From the NCBI GenBank assembly GCA_964016885.1, contig OZ024751.1, positions 5,022,001 through 5,086,000 on the forward strand: a stretch of DNA of 64,000 nt, read 5' to 3'. The position numbers were made by a program, and so were the translations under genes. The DNA comes from Eledone cirrhosa. Taxonomy: Eukaryota. Below the pieces are notes generated by a model. The model did no database searches, was not told the origin of the DNA, and worked only from the letters and a program-made list of their open reading frames with translations. This document shows, piece after piece, positions 1-12,789 of the stretch (position 1 is its first letter; each line of letters opens with the position of its first letter).

Positions 1-150
1 ATGTAGATGTACCAAGTTTTTTTTTCACTGATCACTTTACTGTGAGTGGCCAGCTATTCTGTATGTAAACACACAGACAAACCGGTTTTTAGAGTCATAC
101 TGGTTTTTGAGGAAACACCTTTCCTCTATTCTCCAGAAAGCCAGACAAGG

Positions 151-195
151 AATATTGAACTAGTTTCGTTGTTGTTACAACTCATCAGCAATATT
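151..195 (-). ncRNA. minimal type I hammerhead ribozyme (array copy)
   Basis: Reverse complement reads AAUAUUG-CUGAUGA-GUUGU aaca ACAAC-GAAA-CUAG-UU-CAAUAUU. Confidence 0.85.
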
Positions 196-619
196 TACCT
201 ATCTTCCGGCCTCTCTAGAGAATCGTAAAAGCACATATCGCTATATGCTTTTTCTATGAAAATTAGTAGTGGGCAGACCAACTTGCATAGAGTGTGAGTA
301 AGTACCGGTTCAACGGAGACGATAAAAACAAATAACGAAACGAAATTAAATTTCGTTTCGTTTGTAACTCACTTTTGTATGACTGACGCTCAAACAATTA
401 AGTCAAAGATGTACATCCATATATGTATACTGAAATACTAGTATGTATATGAATACACACACGTATACATATGTAGATGTACCAAGTTTTTTTTCACTGA
501 TCACTTTACTGTGAGTGGCCAGCTATTCTGTATGTAAACACACAGACAAACCGGTTTTTAGAGTCATATTGGTTTTTGAGGAAACACCTTTCCTCTATTC
601 TCCAGAAAGCCAGACAAGG

Positions 620-664
620 AATATTGAACTAGTTTCGTTGTTGTTACAACTCATCAGCAATATT
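620..664 (-). ncRNA. minimal type I hammerhead ribozyme (array copy)
   Basis: Same motif as 151-195. Confidence 0.85.
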
Positions 665-804
665 TACCTATCTTCCGGCCTCTCTAGAGAATCGTAAAAG
701 CACATATCGCTATGCAAGTTGGTCTGCCCACTACTAATTTTCATAGAAAAAGCATATAGCGATATGTGCTTTTACGATTCTCTAGAGAGGCCGGAAGATA
801 GGTA

Positions 805-849
805 AATATTGCTGATGAGTTGTAACAACAACGAAACTAGTTCAATATT
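805..849 (+). ncRNA. minimal type I hammerhead ribozyme (array copy)
   Basis: Stem I AATATTG(805-811)/CAATATT(843-849); core CTGATGA 812-818; stem II GTTGT/ACAAC; GAAA 833-836; palindromic stem III ACTAGT; predicted GUU cleavage after 842. Confidence 0.88.
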
Positions 850-1274
850 CCTTGTCTGGCTTTCTGGAGAATAGAGGAAAGGTGTTTCCTCAAAAACCAG
901 TATGACTCTAAAAACCGGTTTGTCTGTGTGTTTACATACAGAATAGCTGGCCACTCACAGTAAAGTGATCAGTGAAAAAAAAACTTGGTACATCTACATA
1001 TGTATACGTGTGTGTATTCATATACATACTAGTATTTCAGTATACATATATGGATGTACATCTTTGACTTAATTGTTTGAGCGTCAGTCATACAAAAGTG
1101 AGTTACAAACGAAACGAAATTTAATTTCGTTTCGTTATTTGTTTTTATCGTCTCCGTTGAACCGGTACTTACTCACACTCTATGCAAGTTGGTCTGCCCA
1201 CTACTAATTTTCATAGAAAAAGCATATAGCGATATGTGCTTTTACGATTCTCTAGAGTGGCCGGAAGATAGGTA

Positions 1275-1319
1275 AATATTGCTGATGAGTTGTAACAACA
1301 ACGAAACTAGTTCAATATT
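1275..1319 (+). ncRNA. minimal type I hammerhead ribozyme (array copy)
   Basis: Identical motif, offset +470. Confidence 0.85.
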
Positions 1320-1744
1320 CCTTGTCTGGCTTTCTGGAGAATAGAGGAAAGGTGTTTCCTCAAAAACCAGTATGACTCTAAAAACCGGTTTGTCTGTGTG
1401 TTTACATACAGAATAGCTGGCCACTCACAGTAAAGTGATCAGTGAAAAAAAAACTTGGTACATCTACATATGTATACGTGTGTGTATTCATATACATACT
1501 AGTATTTCAGTATACATATATGGATGTACATCTTTGACTTAATTGTTTGAGCGTCAGTCATACAAAAGTGAGTTACAAACGAAACGAAATTTAATTTCGT
1601 TTCGTTATTTGTTTTTATCGTCTCCGTTGAACCGGTACTTACTCACACTCTATGCAAGTTGGTCTGCCCACTACTAATTTTCATAGAAAAAGCATATAGC
1701 GATATGTGCTTTTACGATTCTCTAGAGAGGCCGGAAGATAGGTA

Positions 1745-1789
1745 AATATTGCTGATGAGTTGTAACAACAACGAAACTAGTTCAATATT
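1745..1789 (+). ncRNA. minimal type I hammerhead ribozyme (array copy)
   Basis: Identical motif. Confidence 0.85.
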
Positions 1790-2212
1790 CCTTGTCTGGC
1801 TTTCTGAAGAATAGAGGAAAGGTGTTTCCTCAAAAACCAGTATGACTCTAAAAACCGGTTTGTCTGTGTGTTTACATACAGAATAGCTGGCCACTCACAG
1901 TAAAGTGATCAGTGAAAAAAAACTTGGTACATCTACATATGTATACGTGTGTGTATTCATATACATACTAGTATTTCAGTATACATATATGGATGTACAT
2001 CTTTGACTTAATTGTTTGAGCGTCAGTCATACAAAAGTGAGTTACAAACGAAACGAAATTTAATTTCGTTTCGTTATTTGTTTTTATCGTCTCCGTTGAA
2101 CCGGTACTTACTCACACTCTATGCAAGTTGGTTGCCCACTACTAATTTTCATAGAAAAAGCATATAGCGATATGTGCTTTTACGATTCTCTAGAGAGGCC
2201 GGAAGATAGGTA

Positions 2213-2257
2213 AATATTGCTGATGAGTTGTAACAACAACGAAACTAGTTCAATATT
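2213..2257 (+). ncRNA. minimal type I hammerhead ribozyme (array copy)
   Basis: Identical motif. Confidence 0.85.
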
Positions 2258-2546
2258 CCTTGTCTGGCTTTCTGGAGAATAGAGGAAAGGTGTTTCCTCA
2301 AAAACCAGTATGACTCTAAAAACCGGTTTGTCTGTGTGTTTACATACAGAATAGCTGGCCACTCACAGTAAAGCGATCAGTGAAAAAAAACTTGGTACAT
2401 CTACATATGTATACGTGTGTGTATTCATATACATACTAGTATTTCAGTATACATATATGGATGTACATCTTTGACTTAATTGTTTGAGCGTCAGTCATAC
2501 AAAAGTGAGTTACAAACGAAACGAAATTTAATTTCGTTTCGTTATT

Positions 2547-2629
<83 letters not shown>

Positions 2630-2678
2630 AAATATATATATATATATATACATTTATATATATACATATAATATATAT

Positions 2679-5600
2679 ATCATCATCATCATCGTTTAAC
2701 GTCCATCTTCCACGCTAGCATGGGTTTGGACGGTAATTTTCCAGGACTGTCTAGTGGATTTTCTACGGCTGGATGCCCTTTCTAACACCAACCACGTTTA
2801 CAGTGTGGACTGGGAGGTTTTTACCGTGTTACCTACACGGCCACATTACAGCGTCGACTGTGTTTTTTTTTGTCTTGACACCTACACGACCTCATTTATT
2901 TAGGACTGGATATTGTGGTACCAACATAACTTTACATCGAAAGGGGGTGGTGTGGATGGGGTGGGGGTAGTGGGACGGGGTGTATTTTGGTAAGAGGTGC
3001 CTACTGACTGTAGGTTTCGCTTTGCACTTAGGCAACGCGGGTCTTCTGTATTACTGCGTAGCGCCAAAGATCGCAGTCCAGTGATATTGTCTTGGAGAGG
3101 TATAAGTGTGTGAGGTCGGAATTTATCAAGTCGTCCCAGGTTTTTCTGGGTCTGCCTACTCCGTGGCTACCGTCTATTTTTCACTTTTTTATACAGCTGT
3201 CGTCTTTCATGCACATCAAGTGACGATACCAACGTAGTCTTCTCTCGAGTAAACAGCATCTGATCCCTCTTATTTCGAATTTCTCACTTAGTTCGTTTAT
3301 GCTTTGCCGTTCACATATATTACTATTACACATCCAACGGAGCATGCAAGCTTCGTTCCTCTCCAGTCTGCGTAGATCCTCTGCACACAATGCCCAGGTC
3401 TCACTGCCATGTAACATTGCTGTTCGTATGCAGGCATCATACAGCCTGCCTTTCATTTCTAGAGAGAAACCTTTAGCGGCCAATAGTGGTATAAGCTCTC
3501 TGAAATTTTTCCATCCCGTTCTGACTCTAGCTACTGTACTTTCAGAGCACCCTCCCCCACTGCTGATTTTGTCACCCAGGTAACGGAAGACGTCCACTAT
3601 TTCTATAGAACCATCTGTGCAATGGAATGGGCTAGTATTCTGTGGGCACTTGCTGCTACTTATTGCACCAGAGCACCGGCCACATATAAAATCTATATTC
3701 TTAGTTAGCTTACCTGTGATCCCACTACATCTTTTATGCACCCATTTGGGACATAAAATAGAGTTTCTGCCTACTCCTTTCCTACACACTGAGCATGGTA
3801 ATTTCCCAGATGGGACCGGTGCCCTATTTCCTTCCTACATACTAGCACTTTAGTCTTAGACAGGTTAATTTTAAGGCGTTTTGATTCTAGGCCATGCTTC
3901 CATGTTTGGAATTTCTTCTCTAGTTCAGCCATTGATTCAGCTATAAGCGTTAGATCAAGGGCATATAGGAGTTCCCATGGGCAGCCAGTCTTGAACTCCT
4001 CTGTTATAGCCTGAAGGGCAATAATAAATAGGAGAGGGCTAAGGACAGAGCCCTGATGAAAACCAACTTTTACGCTAAACTCTTCACTATATTCGTTGTT
4101 AATTCTTACCTTGCTGACTGTTTCTTTATACATGGCTTGTATAACTCTCACAAGCCATTCGTGGACACCTAGTTTTCTGAGAGCCCACCAGATGGGCGTG
4201 GGACTCTGTCAAAGGCTTTATCCAAGTCAACATAAACTAAGTATAGGGGTTTACCCTTAGCTAGGTACTTCTCCTGTAGTTGTCGTTGTCGTACAATGAA
4301 AAGAGCGTCTGTGATACTTTTACCTGACACAACCCGAACTGCATTTCATCCAGATCAATTCGCTCTCTGATTAGTTGCGCTATTACTTTATCTGTGACCT
4401 TCATGACCTGGTCAATTAATTTAATGCCTCTATAGTTTCCCCTATCTAGGGCATCTCCTTTACCCTTGTAGCAGTTAATAATGATGCTGCTACGCCAGTC
4501 CTTCGGTACGACCCCATTCTCTATGACTTGGTTTACTATCCGGGTGACCATAGTGTGTCCCACCGTCCCAGATGCTTTCAGCATTTCAGCAACTATTTCC
4601 GACGGCCCGACCGCCTTGCCCGTCTTCATATCTTTGATTGCCTTACTTATTATACTACCTTCAACTTGCACTGCTGGTCCCTCTATTGGATCGATGTGGG
4701 GGAGACTGTCTTTCTCCCATTTATTCTCCTCATTTAGTAGCCTTTCGTAGTGACACTTCCAAGCTACCTTCTTATCAGCGTCAGTGATGGCAAGTACACC
4801 ATCATCATTACGGACACACTTCTCCCCGACAATATCACGGTTTTCTTTGACACATTGCCTTGCAATCCTGAACACCTCACGTTTTTGGTCCTCGCGTTGT
4901 AGAACATGCTTGAACTTTCTTTCCTCTGCCCCCCACCCCCTTCTTGCGAAGTACACTTGTCCCCTAGCTTCCCTCCTGGCCACTTGATAGTGTTCTCTAC
5001 TTTCCCCATCCCGCCATACTTTCCAAGCTTGCTTTTTGGCCTTGATTGACTACTCCACCTTACTGTTCCACCACGACGTTACTCTCCTCCTGCCTATAGG
5101 TCTGCTCCAGCCACAGACTTCATCTGCCGCCTTCAGCAGGTTAGCTTTCAGGAATTCCCACTGTTCTTCTATATTGTACGACTCTAATTGCTCTTCCTTA
5201 CTGTCAAAAGCATCAAGTAATATGCTTTTAAATTTATTACTGGCTGTGAGGTCCTTTAGATTCCATATTTTTCTCCTGAGGATAGTCCTCCTCTGTTGTC
5301 GAGTACGTCTTGTCCTGACTATGAGGTCGTTAACTATGAGTCTATGTTGGGAGGTGCATTCTTTATGGGGGAGGGATTTAGTGTTTACAACAGACACTCT
5401 ATCACGTCTTCTGGTAAGGATATAATCTATCTGACTGGCGTGTTCCCCTGATCTATAGGTGATCAAGTGATTGTCTCGTTTTTTGAAGTTAGTCTTACAG
5501 ATAGTTAGGTGATTTGCGTCACAGTATTCCAGGATTCTGGAGCCTTCCTCATTTCTAGTACCAAAGCCATAGCCTCCATTGATTCCGTCATAGCCGTCAC

Positions 5601-6290
5601 AATGTTGTCCAACGTGACCATTTAGGTCGCCAGCAATAATTATGTAGTCACTGTCGGTTATTTAAGAGGTAGTGAACATCAGTGTCTCATAGAATCTGTC
5701 TTTTATAGTGCCGGGCAGACCGGATTGGGGTGCGTACGCAGATATTATTGTCACAGTAGTTCTTTTTAGGACAAGTCTTATTTTAATTATTCTGTCGTTC
5801 ACTCTATTTACGTCTATTATCTTATCTGCCCATTTTAAAGCTAGCATGATTCCTACTCCACCCAGCCCATTTTTATTTCCCACCCAGAAAAGCTTATAGC
5901 ATCGTTTTTTTACCCACAATGAATCTAGCAGACCCACCCCTCCACCTGGTCTCTTGGATACAGCAAACATCAACCTCCATAAGTTCAAGCATTTCTACAA
6001 CCTCGTTAGAGCGACCTTTTAAGGTGCCTACATTCATGAAGTTTTGGATTGCCTTTGGTGGGTGGGAACGTTGGGGCGAAGAGAGGGGTGAGGGAGATGG
6101 GGTTATGTTGGCCCTCCGCGGCCGAAATAAAGAGGAGGAGTCCTTGCATTTTCGTCCGGCAAAATGAGGTGAATTTGTCTTTATCTTTGGCATTGTCACT
6201 GAGTGTCCAGATTTTTCAGACTCTCCAGAATTCCGTAGTCCATCCATCATATCGAAAGGCAACCAGGTCTAAACATAAGAAGTGATAGCA
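2679..6290 (-). mobile_element. RTE-clade LINE, degenerate (APE endonuclease + RT + C-terminal domain), (GAT)n 3' tail
   Basis: Frameshifted ORFs: NVGTLKGR/CCIQETRW (5894-6262), SAYAPQ (5662-5988), SQIDYIL (5050-5466), KGKGDALDRGNYRGIKL (4261-4983), GFHQGSVLSPLLF (3771-4151), LHGSETWAL (3181-3789); catcatcat tail at 2679-2693. Confidence 0.9.
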
Positions 6291-6570
6291 TAGGCCGCTG
6301 ACTTATGATTGGTCCAGTAATATATAGTGACACAGAGAAGACTGAGGTTGGCTGGACATGCTCACCGACATCCAGAGTTGACATTGCACTCAGTGATCCT
6401 TTAGGAGCCCCTACATGGACACACTAGAAGGGGAAGACCAAGGTTAACATATGTTGATGCCCTAAGGACTGACACTGGTCTGTTGGAGATGCAGGATATG
6501 GCAGCGATAATGAGGGACAGAGACCGCTGGAGAGAACTCGTCCATGGATCTCGGGAATTTTACCCGCCTT
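6290..6570 (+). mobile_element. RTE/RTEX-type LINE 3' fragment
   Basis: Translates as RRLRLAGHAHRHPEL..GRPRLTYVDALRTDTG..MRDRDRWRELV, a typical RTE C-terminus; ends in (TA)n. Confidence 0.7.
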
Positions 6571-6654
<84 letters not shown>

Positions 6655-6694
6655 TATATATATATATATATATATATTGGTAAAAGGAAAAGAA

Positions 6695-7117
6695 AAAGTA
6701 AGTGAGACTGTCACTACTCTAAAACAATAGCATAAGGTCTTCGAAATGCTTTTAATTAAGCATACAGTGTATTGCAAAATACACTATATATACATTCATA
6801 TATATATCGCTATTTCAGAGCACCAATTCTAATTTTCAATTTCTGCTTGACCGGCAACCGCTCTGTATAATCAGTTCCTGATTATTACTAGAAATTCTAT
6901 AAGAATCAAACATTCATGATTTTCAGCAAACAGGCGGAGTACTTGGCTTTGATAAGTACCAATCAGTACGAAACATAGCTCTGTAAGATTTATCTACCCT
7001 GTTTGCTGCAAATTTAAAGTAAGTGAGACTGTCACTACTCTAAAACAATAGCGTAAGGTCTTCGAAATGCTTTTAATTAAGCATATAGTGTATTGCAAAA
7101 TGCACTATATATACATT
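6695..7117 (+). repeat. 321-bp-period direct repeat (1.3 units) containing a hammerhead ribozyme
   Basis: 6695-6797 recurs at 7016-7117; flanked by (TA)n. Confidence 0.85.
6924..7008 (+). ncRNA. type I hammerhead ribozyme, U3-A8 core variant, extended stem I
   Basis: TTGATAA(6949-55)-GTAC caatca GTAC-GAAA-CA tagctc TG-TA; distal stem CAGCAAACAGG/CCTGTTTGCTG; proximal stem I weak. Confidence 0.65.
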
Positions 7118-7197
7118 ATATATATATATATATATATACATATTATCTATAAATATATATATACATATATAAATATATATATATATACATATATATA

Positions 7198-7231
<34 letters not shown>

Positions 7232-7384
7232 CATATTATATATATATATATACACATATTATATATATATATATACACATATATATATATATACCTATAT
7301 ATATATACATATTATATATATATATACACATATTATATATATATATGCATATTATATATATATACATATATATTCATATATATA

Positions 7385-8080
7385 TGGAAGTGAAACCTGG
7401 GCATTGTGTGCTGAAGACCTGCGTAGATTAGAAAGAAATGAAGTTTGCTTGCTCCGATGGATGTGTAATAGTAATACACGCGAACGGCAAAGCATAAACG
7501 AATTGAGAGAGAGACTGAGCATAAGTGGAATCAAATGCTGTGTGCAGGAGAGGAGGTTGCGTTAGTATGGACATGTGATGCGTATGAAGGATGACAGCCG
7601 CATAAAAAAGTGCAGAGCACTAGAAGTCGATGGAAACCGCGGAGTGGGGAGACCTAAGAAGACCTGGGATGAGGTGATAAAGGCCGACCTTAGCCAATGA
7701 CACACGACCGACCGTGACCTGTTGTGTCACGCAGTTATACAGAAGACCCGAGCCCCTCGGGAACAAGCCCAGGCTGAAGCATATAGACAATATGCACCCC
7801 GCTCCACCGCAAAGTGGTCGTAGATGTGCCACGACAAAAAAGCACCCAGACCACACTATAAAGTGGACGTGTAGGCGCCACGGAAAAAAAGCACCCAGCA
7901 CTCACTGTAAATGAGGTTGGTGTTAGGAAGGGCATCAAGCTGTAGAAATCAAGCCAAAATCAGTTCCTGTACGAGCCGGACAAGGTCAGCTGACTGGACA
8001 CTGCTCACAAGAGGACAACTTGTCTAACCCATGCTAGCGTGGAAGAACGGACGTAAAACGGTAATGATGATGATGATGAT
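7385..8080 (+). mobile_element. RTE LINE 3' fragment (same family as 2679-6290)
   Basis: [19 protein letters not shown]-like sequence, shared 3' UTR, gatgatgat tail at ~8065-8080. Confidence 0.85.
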
Positions 8081-8098
8081 ATATATATATATACATAT

Positions 8099-8148
<50 letters not shown>

Positions 8149-8232
8149 CATATATATATATATTATATATACATACATATATATATATATATATATATTA
8201 TATATACATACATATATATATATATATTATAT

Positions 8233-8334
<102 letters not shown>

Positions 8335-8588
8335 GTGTATTGAGTTCAAAACTCAAGCATTCCTTTACAATGAAATAGCTCAAAGAAAAAAATATTTCTG
8401 AGCCGTGTAATACAAGTAAATATAAATTAATATATATGATGAAACATAAATACTAACATATCTGTGTTTATATTGTAAAAGAAATTAAGTTAGCTAGAAT
8501 GAAATATACTAATTATAATATTACAGTTTGCCTATCTCGATTTAAAATAATAAATCAATAAAAACAAACAGTATTGGCAAATGTCCAT

Positions 8589-8716
8589 GGTGTTTAGACA
8601 AATTTAAATTTCAAAATCAAACCTGTTCCGTAGATAAGTTTAAACTTTAAAATCCAAATGTGTTTCGAGATGAATAAGTGTAAGGATATCATGTCCAGCT
8701 CACATCAGTAAACACC
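8589..8716 (-). ncRNA. hammerhead-like fold with long stem III and A9U core variant
   Basis: Minus strand: GGUGUUUA-CUGAUGU-GAG..CUC-GAAA-CA..long hairpin..UGUC-UAAACACC (8-bp stem I, GUC site). Confidence 0.6.
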
Positions 8717-9113
8717 CTGAACAAATTGATATGCTTCACTTCTAAATATTTTAAAAGACTGTATAACGCACATGGTTTTACAGTTTCTAGCCAGCCTCAT
8801 ACTCGTACTGCTAGAAATAACAGCCGTATATATGGGGCTACTATCAGCTCAACGTAAGGAGCAATTATATTAAGTGTATTGAGTTCAAAACTCAAGCATT
8901 CCTTTACAATGAAATAGCTCAAAGAAAAAAATATTTCTGAGCCGTGTAATACAAGTAAATATAAATTAATATATATGATGAAACACAAATACCAACATAT
9001 CTGTGTTTATATTGTAAAAGAAATTAAGTTAGCTAGAATGAAATATTACAGTTTGCCTATCTCGATTTAAAATAATAAATCAATAAAAACAAACAGTATT
9101 GGCAAATGTCCAT

Positions 9114-9241
9114 GGTGTTTAGACAAATTTAAATTTCAAAATCAAACCTGTTCCGTAGATAAGTTTAAACTTTAAAATCCAAATGTGTTTCGAGATGAAT
9201 AAGTGTAAGGATATCATGTCCAGCTCACATCAGTAAACACC
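9114..9241 (-). ncRNA. hammerhead-like fold (second copy)
   Basis: Same as 8589-8716. Confidence 0.6.
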
Positions 9242-9253
9242 CTGAACATGGTG

Positions 9254-9325
<72 letters not shown>

Positions 9326-9334
9326 TATATATCT

Positions 9335-9718
9335 AAGTGAGAAATTAGGAATAAGAGTGATCAGATGCTGTTTACTCGAGAGAAGACTACGTTGGTATGG
9401 CCCCGTGATGCGCATCAAAGACGACAGTTGTATAAAAAAAAGTGCAAAATAAATGAGGTCGTGTAAGTGTCACGACAAAAAAAAACACACACACAGTCAA
9501 CGCTGTATTGTGGCCGTGTAGGTAACACGGTGAAAACCTCCCAGTCCACACTGTAAACGTGGTCGGTGTTAGGAAGGGCATCCAGCCGTAGAAAACATGC
9601 CAGACAGTCCTATACAAGCGAGACACGGTCTCCCGACCAATCTTGCCTCAAGTGGGACAACTCCCGTCTAACCCATGCTAGCGTGGAAGATAGACGTTAA
9701 ACGAAGATGATGATGAGG
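9335..9718 (+). mobile_element. RTE LINE 3' fragment, internally deleted
   Basis: Reverse-complement match to ~3180-3290 joined to ~2690-2900; gatgatgat tail. Confidence 0.8.
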
Positions 9719-9781
<63 letters not shown>

Positions 9782-9853
9782 CATATATAAATATACATAT
9801 ATAAATATACATATATATATATATATATATATACATTATATATATATACATAA

Positions 9854-9889
<36 letters not shown>

Positions 9890-9890
<1 letters not shown>

Positions 9891-10445
9891 GGTGGCTGCC
9901 AACTCGTTTTCGAGTACGGCCACTACTTTATATCTATGTAGGAGAACCCCTACCGATGCGCTGAACGAGTGTGAATTTTTAGTCCAGCCAGCGACTTGAA
10001 AACTCTGGTACAAACACTACACTTGTGACAATTATTGACACAGTGCTGGGCCCATGTTACTATGTGACGGCAAGTGCAGAGAGTTCTCCAGATATAAAGC
10101 AATGCCTGTGCCGTGAAGCTTTTATAGTGAGCAAAGGCACTGCACAAAGCCAGTCCCACTCTCTTAACCAAGATGATATTTACCAAAAAGAAGAACAAGT
10201 CAACATCATTGGATACCATCAGGGTTGCAGGTGTTATATCAGAGTTTTCCTTCTCCTAGAATTCTGCCTTGACAAAGGCTAAGGGGTCATCTCTCCCAGT
10301 GATTTTGGATGGCCATTGACTCTTAAGAGCTCCTTTGCCCTTTGACAGGTTTTGTTTTTAGTCCTGCAGGATGTCAAAAGTCACCCTCCTCACCAAGAAA
10401 CCTTGGTGGGGTTGCCAGTTTAGTCGCCAACGACCCGACCATGAG
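9890..10445 (-). mobile_element. RTE-like LINE 3' end with C-terminal C2H2 finger
   Basis: [23 protein letters not shown]; paralogous copies at 32362-32765 and 62951-63128, all ending ..gccaccat(AT)n. Confidence 0.7.
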
Positions 10446-10547
10446 ACAGGTTGTACTGGGATACATGTTACCAGTAGCACCAACTGGTGACCTGACATAA
10501 TATATATATATACATATATATATAAATACATATATATATATATATAT

Positions 10548-10618
<71 letters not shown>

Positions 10619-10644
10619 TAATAATGCCTATATACATATATAAT

Positions 10645-12785
10645 AATGCCTATCTCCCCGCGAGTGTTGAGGGTGACCTTCAATGGAAACCCAAGACTGA
10701 CAGTCATCTCAGCCTATAGTCCAACCGAGGAGGACAGTGATGTGAGTGCGGAAGAGTTCCATGAGGAGGTGTGTAGAGCTGTCAACACCACTCAGGCACA
10801 CAATATTCTGCTTGTTTTGGAGGACTTCAATGCACATCTGAGTAAGGAGGGCAGTGAAGATCCTTGCTGGTACTTCCATAACAACACCAACCGAAATGGA
10901 AGACTACTGAGAGACACCCTGCTGGAGGCGAACTTGATGGCGACCAACCTAAGGTTTAGGAAGAATCTGGGGAAGATGTGGACCTACATCTCAGATATGC
11001 ACCTGTCCAAGTCCCAGATTGATTTCATTCTGGTGAGGAAAAAGTGGCGGAATAGTGTTCTGAACACGGAACCATACAGCTATTTCAGTACACTGGGTAG
11101 TGACCACCGGCTTGTTATGAGTGAGGTCCGCGTGAGCTTAAGAAAGAGCAAGGCTCAGCCCCGGAGAACAATCTATGACTGGGGAGCTTTCAAGGAAGAT
11201 GATAAGCTACAGGAGAGGTTCACAGTGGAAGTGAGAAACAGGTTTAGTGCTCTGTGTGGAGAGTCAGAGGAGAGAGAGAGATTGGATGGACTGAGGAGAG
11301 TGTGACGAGGAGGTACGGGCACATCACCAATGCAGTGGCGGAAGCAAGTGAAACCCTGGTGCCGAGGAAAAAGAACAAAGGGAAGCACGTCATCTCTGCA
11401 AACCCAAAAGTGTGTGCAGCCAGAGAACACCTGAAAGCTGCCAGGGACCAATTCTATGCTGATCCTAGGAGGAGAGGATGGAGACTGTGGAGGTGATGAG
11501 GGAAGAGCTCTGTACCGCTTACACTGAGGTCAGAGAGGAGGCACTGATAGAGAAGATCAGAAGTGTGGAGAGAGCGGTTGACAGATCTGGATGTAAGGAG
11601 AGCTGGATGATCATCAACGAGATCACAGGGAGGAAGAGAAGGTGTTCGAGTCAGATCCAGGGAACGGGGCCCGAGGATAGGAAGAGGAAATGGCTAGACC
11701 ATTTTAGGACCCTACTAGGAGAGCCACCCTCCACAGCCCAGAGCACTGAGGAGATCAGGCGGCTGTTTGAGGAACTGGATGTTGAGACAGAGCCCTTCAC
11801 CAGAGAGGAGCTTCAGAGAGCCAAGAAGAGGATCAAGGAGGGCAAGGCTCATGGAGAAGATGGAGTGGCATCAGAGGTGATGAAGAGGTGTGATTTTGAT
11901 GATATCATCCTGGGGTTCTGTAACGGGGCACTGGAGAAAGGAGTTGCCCCGAATCAGTGGAGGATCAGTAACATCGTCCCAGTGCCAAAGAAGGGAGATC
12001 TCTCTAACACCAACAACTACCGGGGGATCTCACTGACGTCACTTGTGGCAAAGACCCTCAACAGGATGATTCTTAACAGGATCCAGCCTGAGATGGAGAA
12101 GAAGCTCAGGGACAACCAGAACGGCTTCAGAGAGGGTAGATCAACCACCAGTCACATCCTGATGCTGAGGAGGATATTAGAGGGAGCTAGAGCAAAGTGC
12201 CTTCCTGCGGTCATGGTTTTCATTGACTTTAGGAAGGCCTTTGATTCTGTGAACCGTTACTGCCTGATGAAGATCTTACAGGCTTATGGAATCCCCAAGA
12301 AGATAGTGGACCTGATATCACTGCTCTACACCAACACCCAAGTCATTACACCTGATGGGATGACAGAGTTCTTTGAGATACTGGCTGGAGTGCTCCAGGG
12401 AGATACATTGGCACCCTACCTTTTTACCATCGTAGTGGACTATTGTATGCGCCTTGCACTGGAGAAACACCAGGACTCTGGCTTTACTGTTGCACCGGCT
12501 CAGAGCAGGAGAGTTAGGGCGAAAAAGGTATCGGATGCTGAATTTTCCGACGACAGAGTTTTGGTGACAAATACAGTGAAGGAGGCAGAGGATTTGATGC
12601 GGGAGGTTGAGACTGTGTCGATGAGTGTGGGGCTGAGAATGAATGAGACTAAAACAAAATATCTGGTAGAGAATGTTGAGAAGCCGGAGGGGATCACTAA
12701 TGTAGGCGGGAAGCCTCTGGAATTGGTTGAGGACTTCCTGTATTTGGGAGCAAAAATTGGGAATGCAGAAGATGATGTGGTTGAG
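10645..12785 (+). mobile_element. RTE/RTEX-type LINE fragment (APE + RT), frameshifted, 3' truncated
   Basis: [23 protein letters not shown] (10646-11305); PKKGDLSNTNNYRGISL, FIDFRKAFDS, GVLQGDTLAPYLF, FSDD (11478-12794). Confidence 0.9.
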
Positions 12786-12789
12786 AGTT

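Larger units (their letters stand above)
1..2547. repeat. ~470-bp tandem repeat array (1.5 units one way, ~3.9 units inverted) with a fold-back inversion at ~711-755; each unit carries a hammerhead ribozyme
   Basis: Units restart at 1/471 and, inverted, at 711/1181/1651/2120, differing by only a few bases. The repeated 60-aa ORF is a by-product. The array ends in (TA)n at 2548. Confidence 0.95.

Noticed and set aside
46-2362. Six copies of a 60-aa ORF (MASYSVCKH..)
   Set aside because: GTG start, no recognisable motif, antisense to the ribozyme; a by-product of the tandem repeat
1-2547. CRISPR-like regular array
   Set aside because: Whole 470-bp units repeat with no unique spacers; eukaryotic context and no cas genes
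9890-10030. Host C2H2 zinc-finger gene exon
   Set aside because: Three dispersed copies with a common 3' end at (TA)n and variable 5' truncation indicate a LINE terminus
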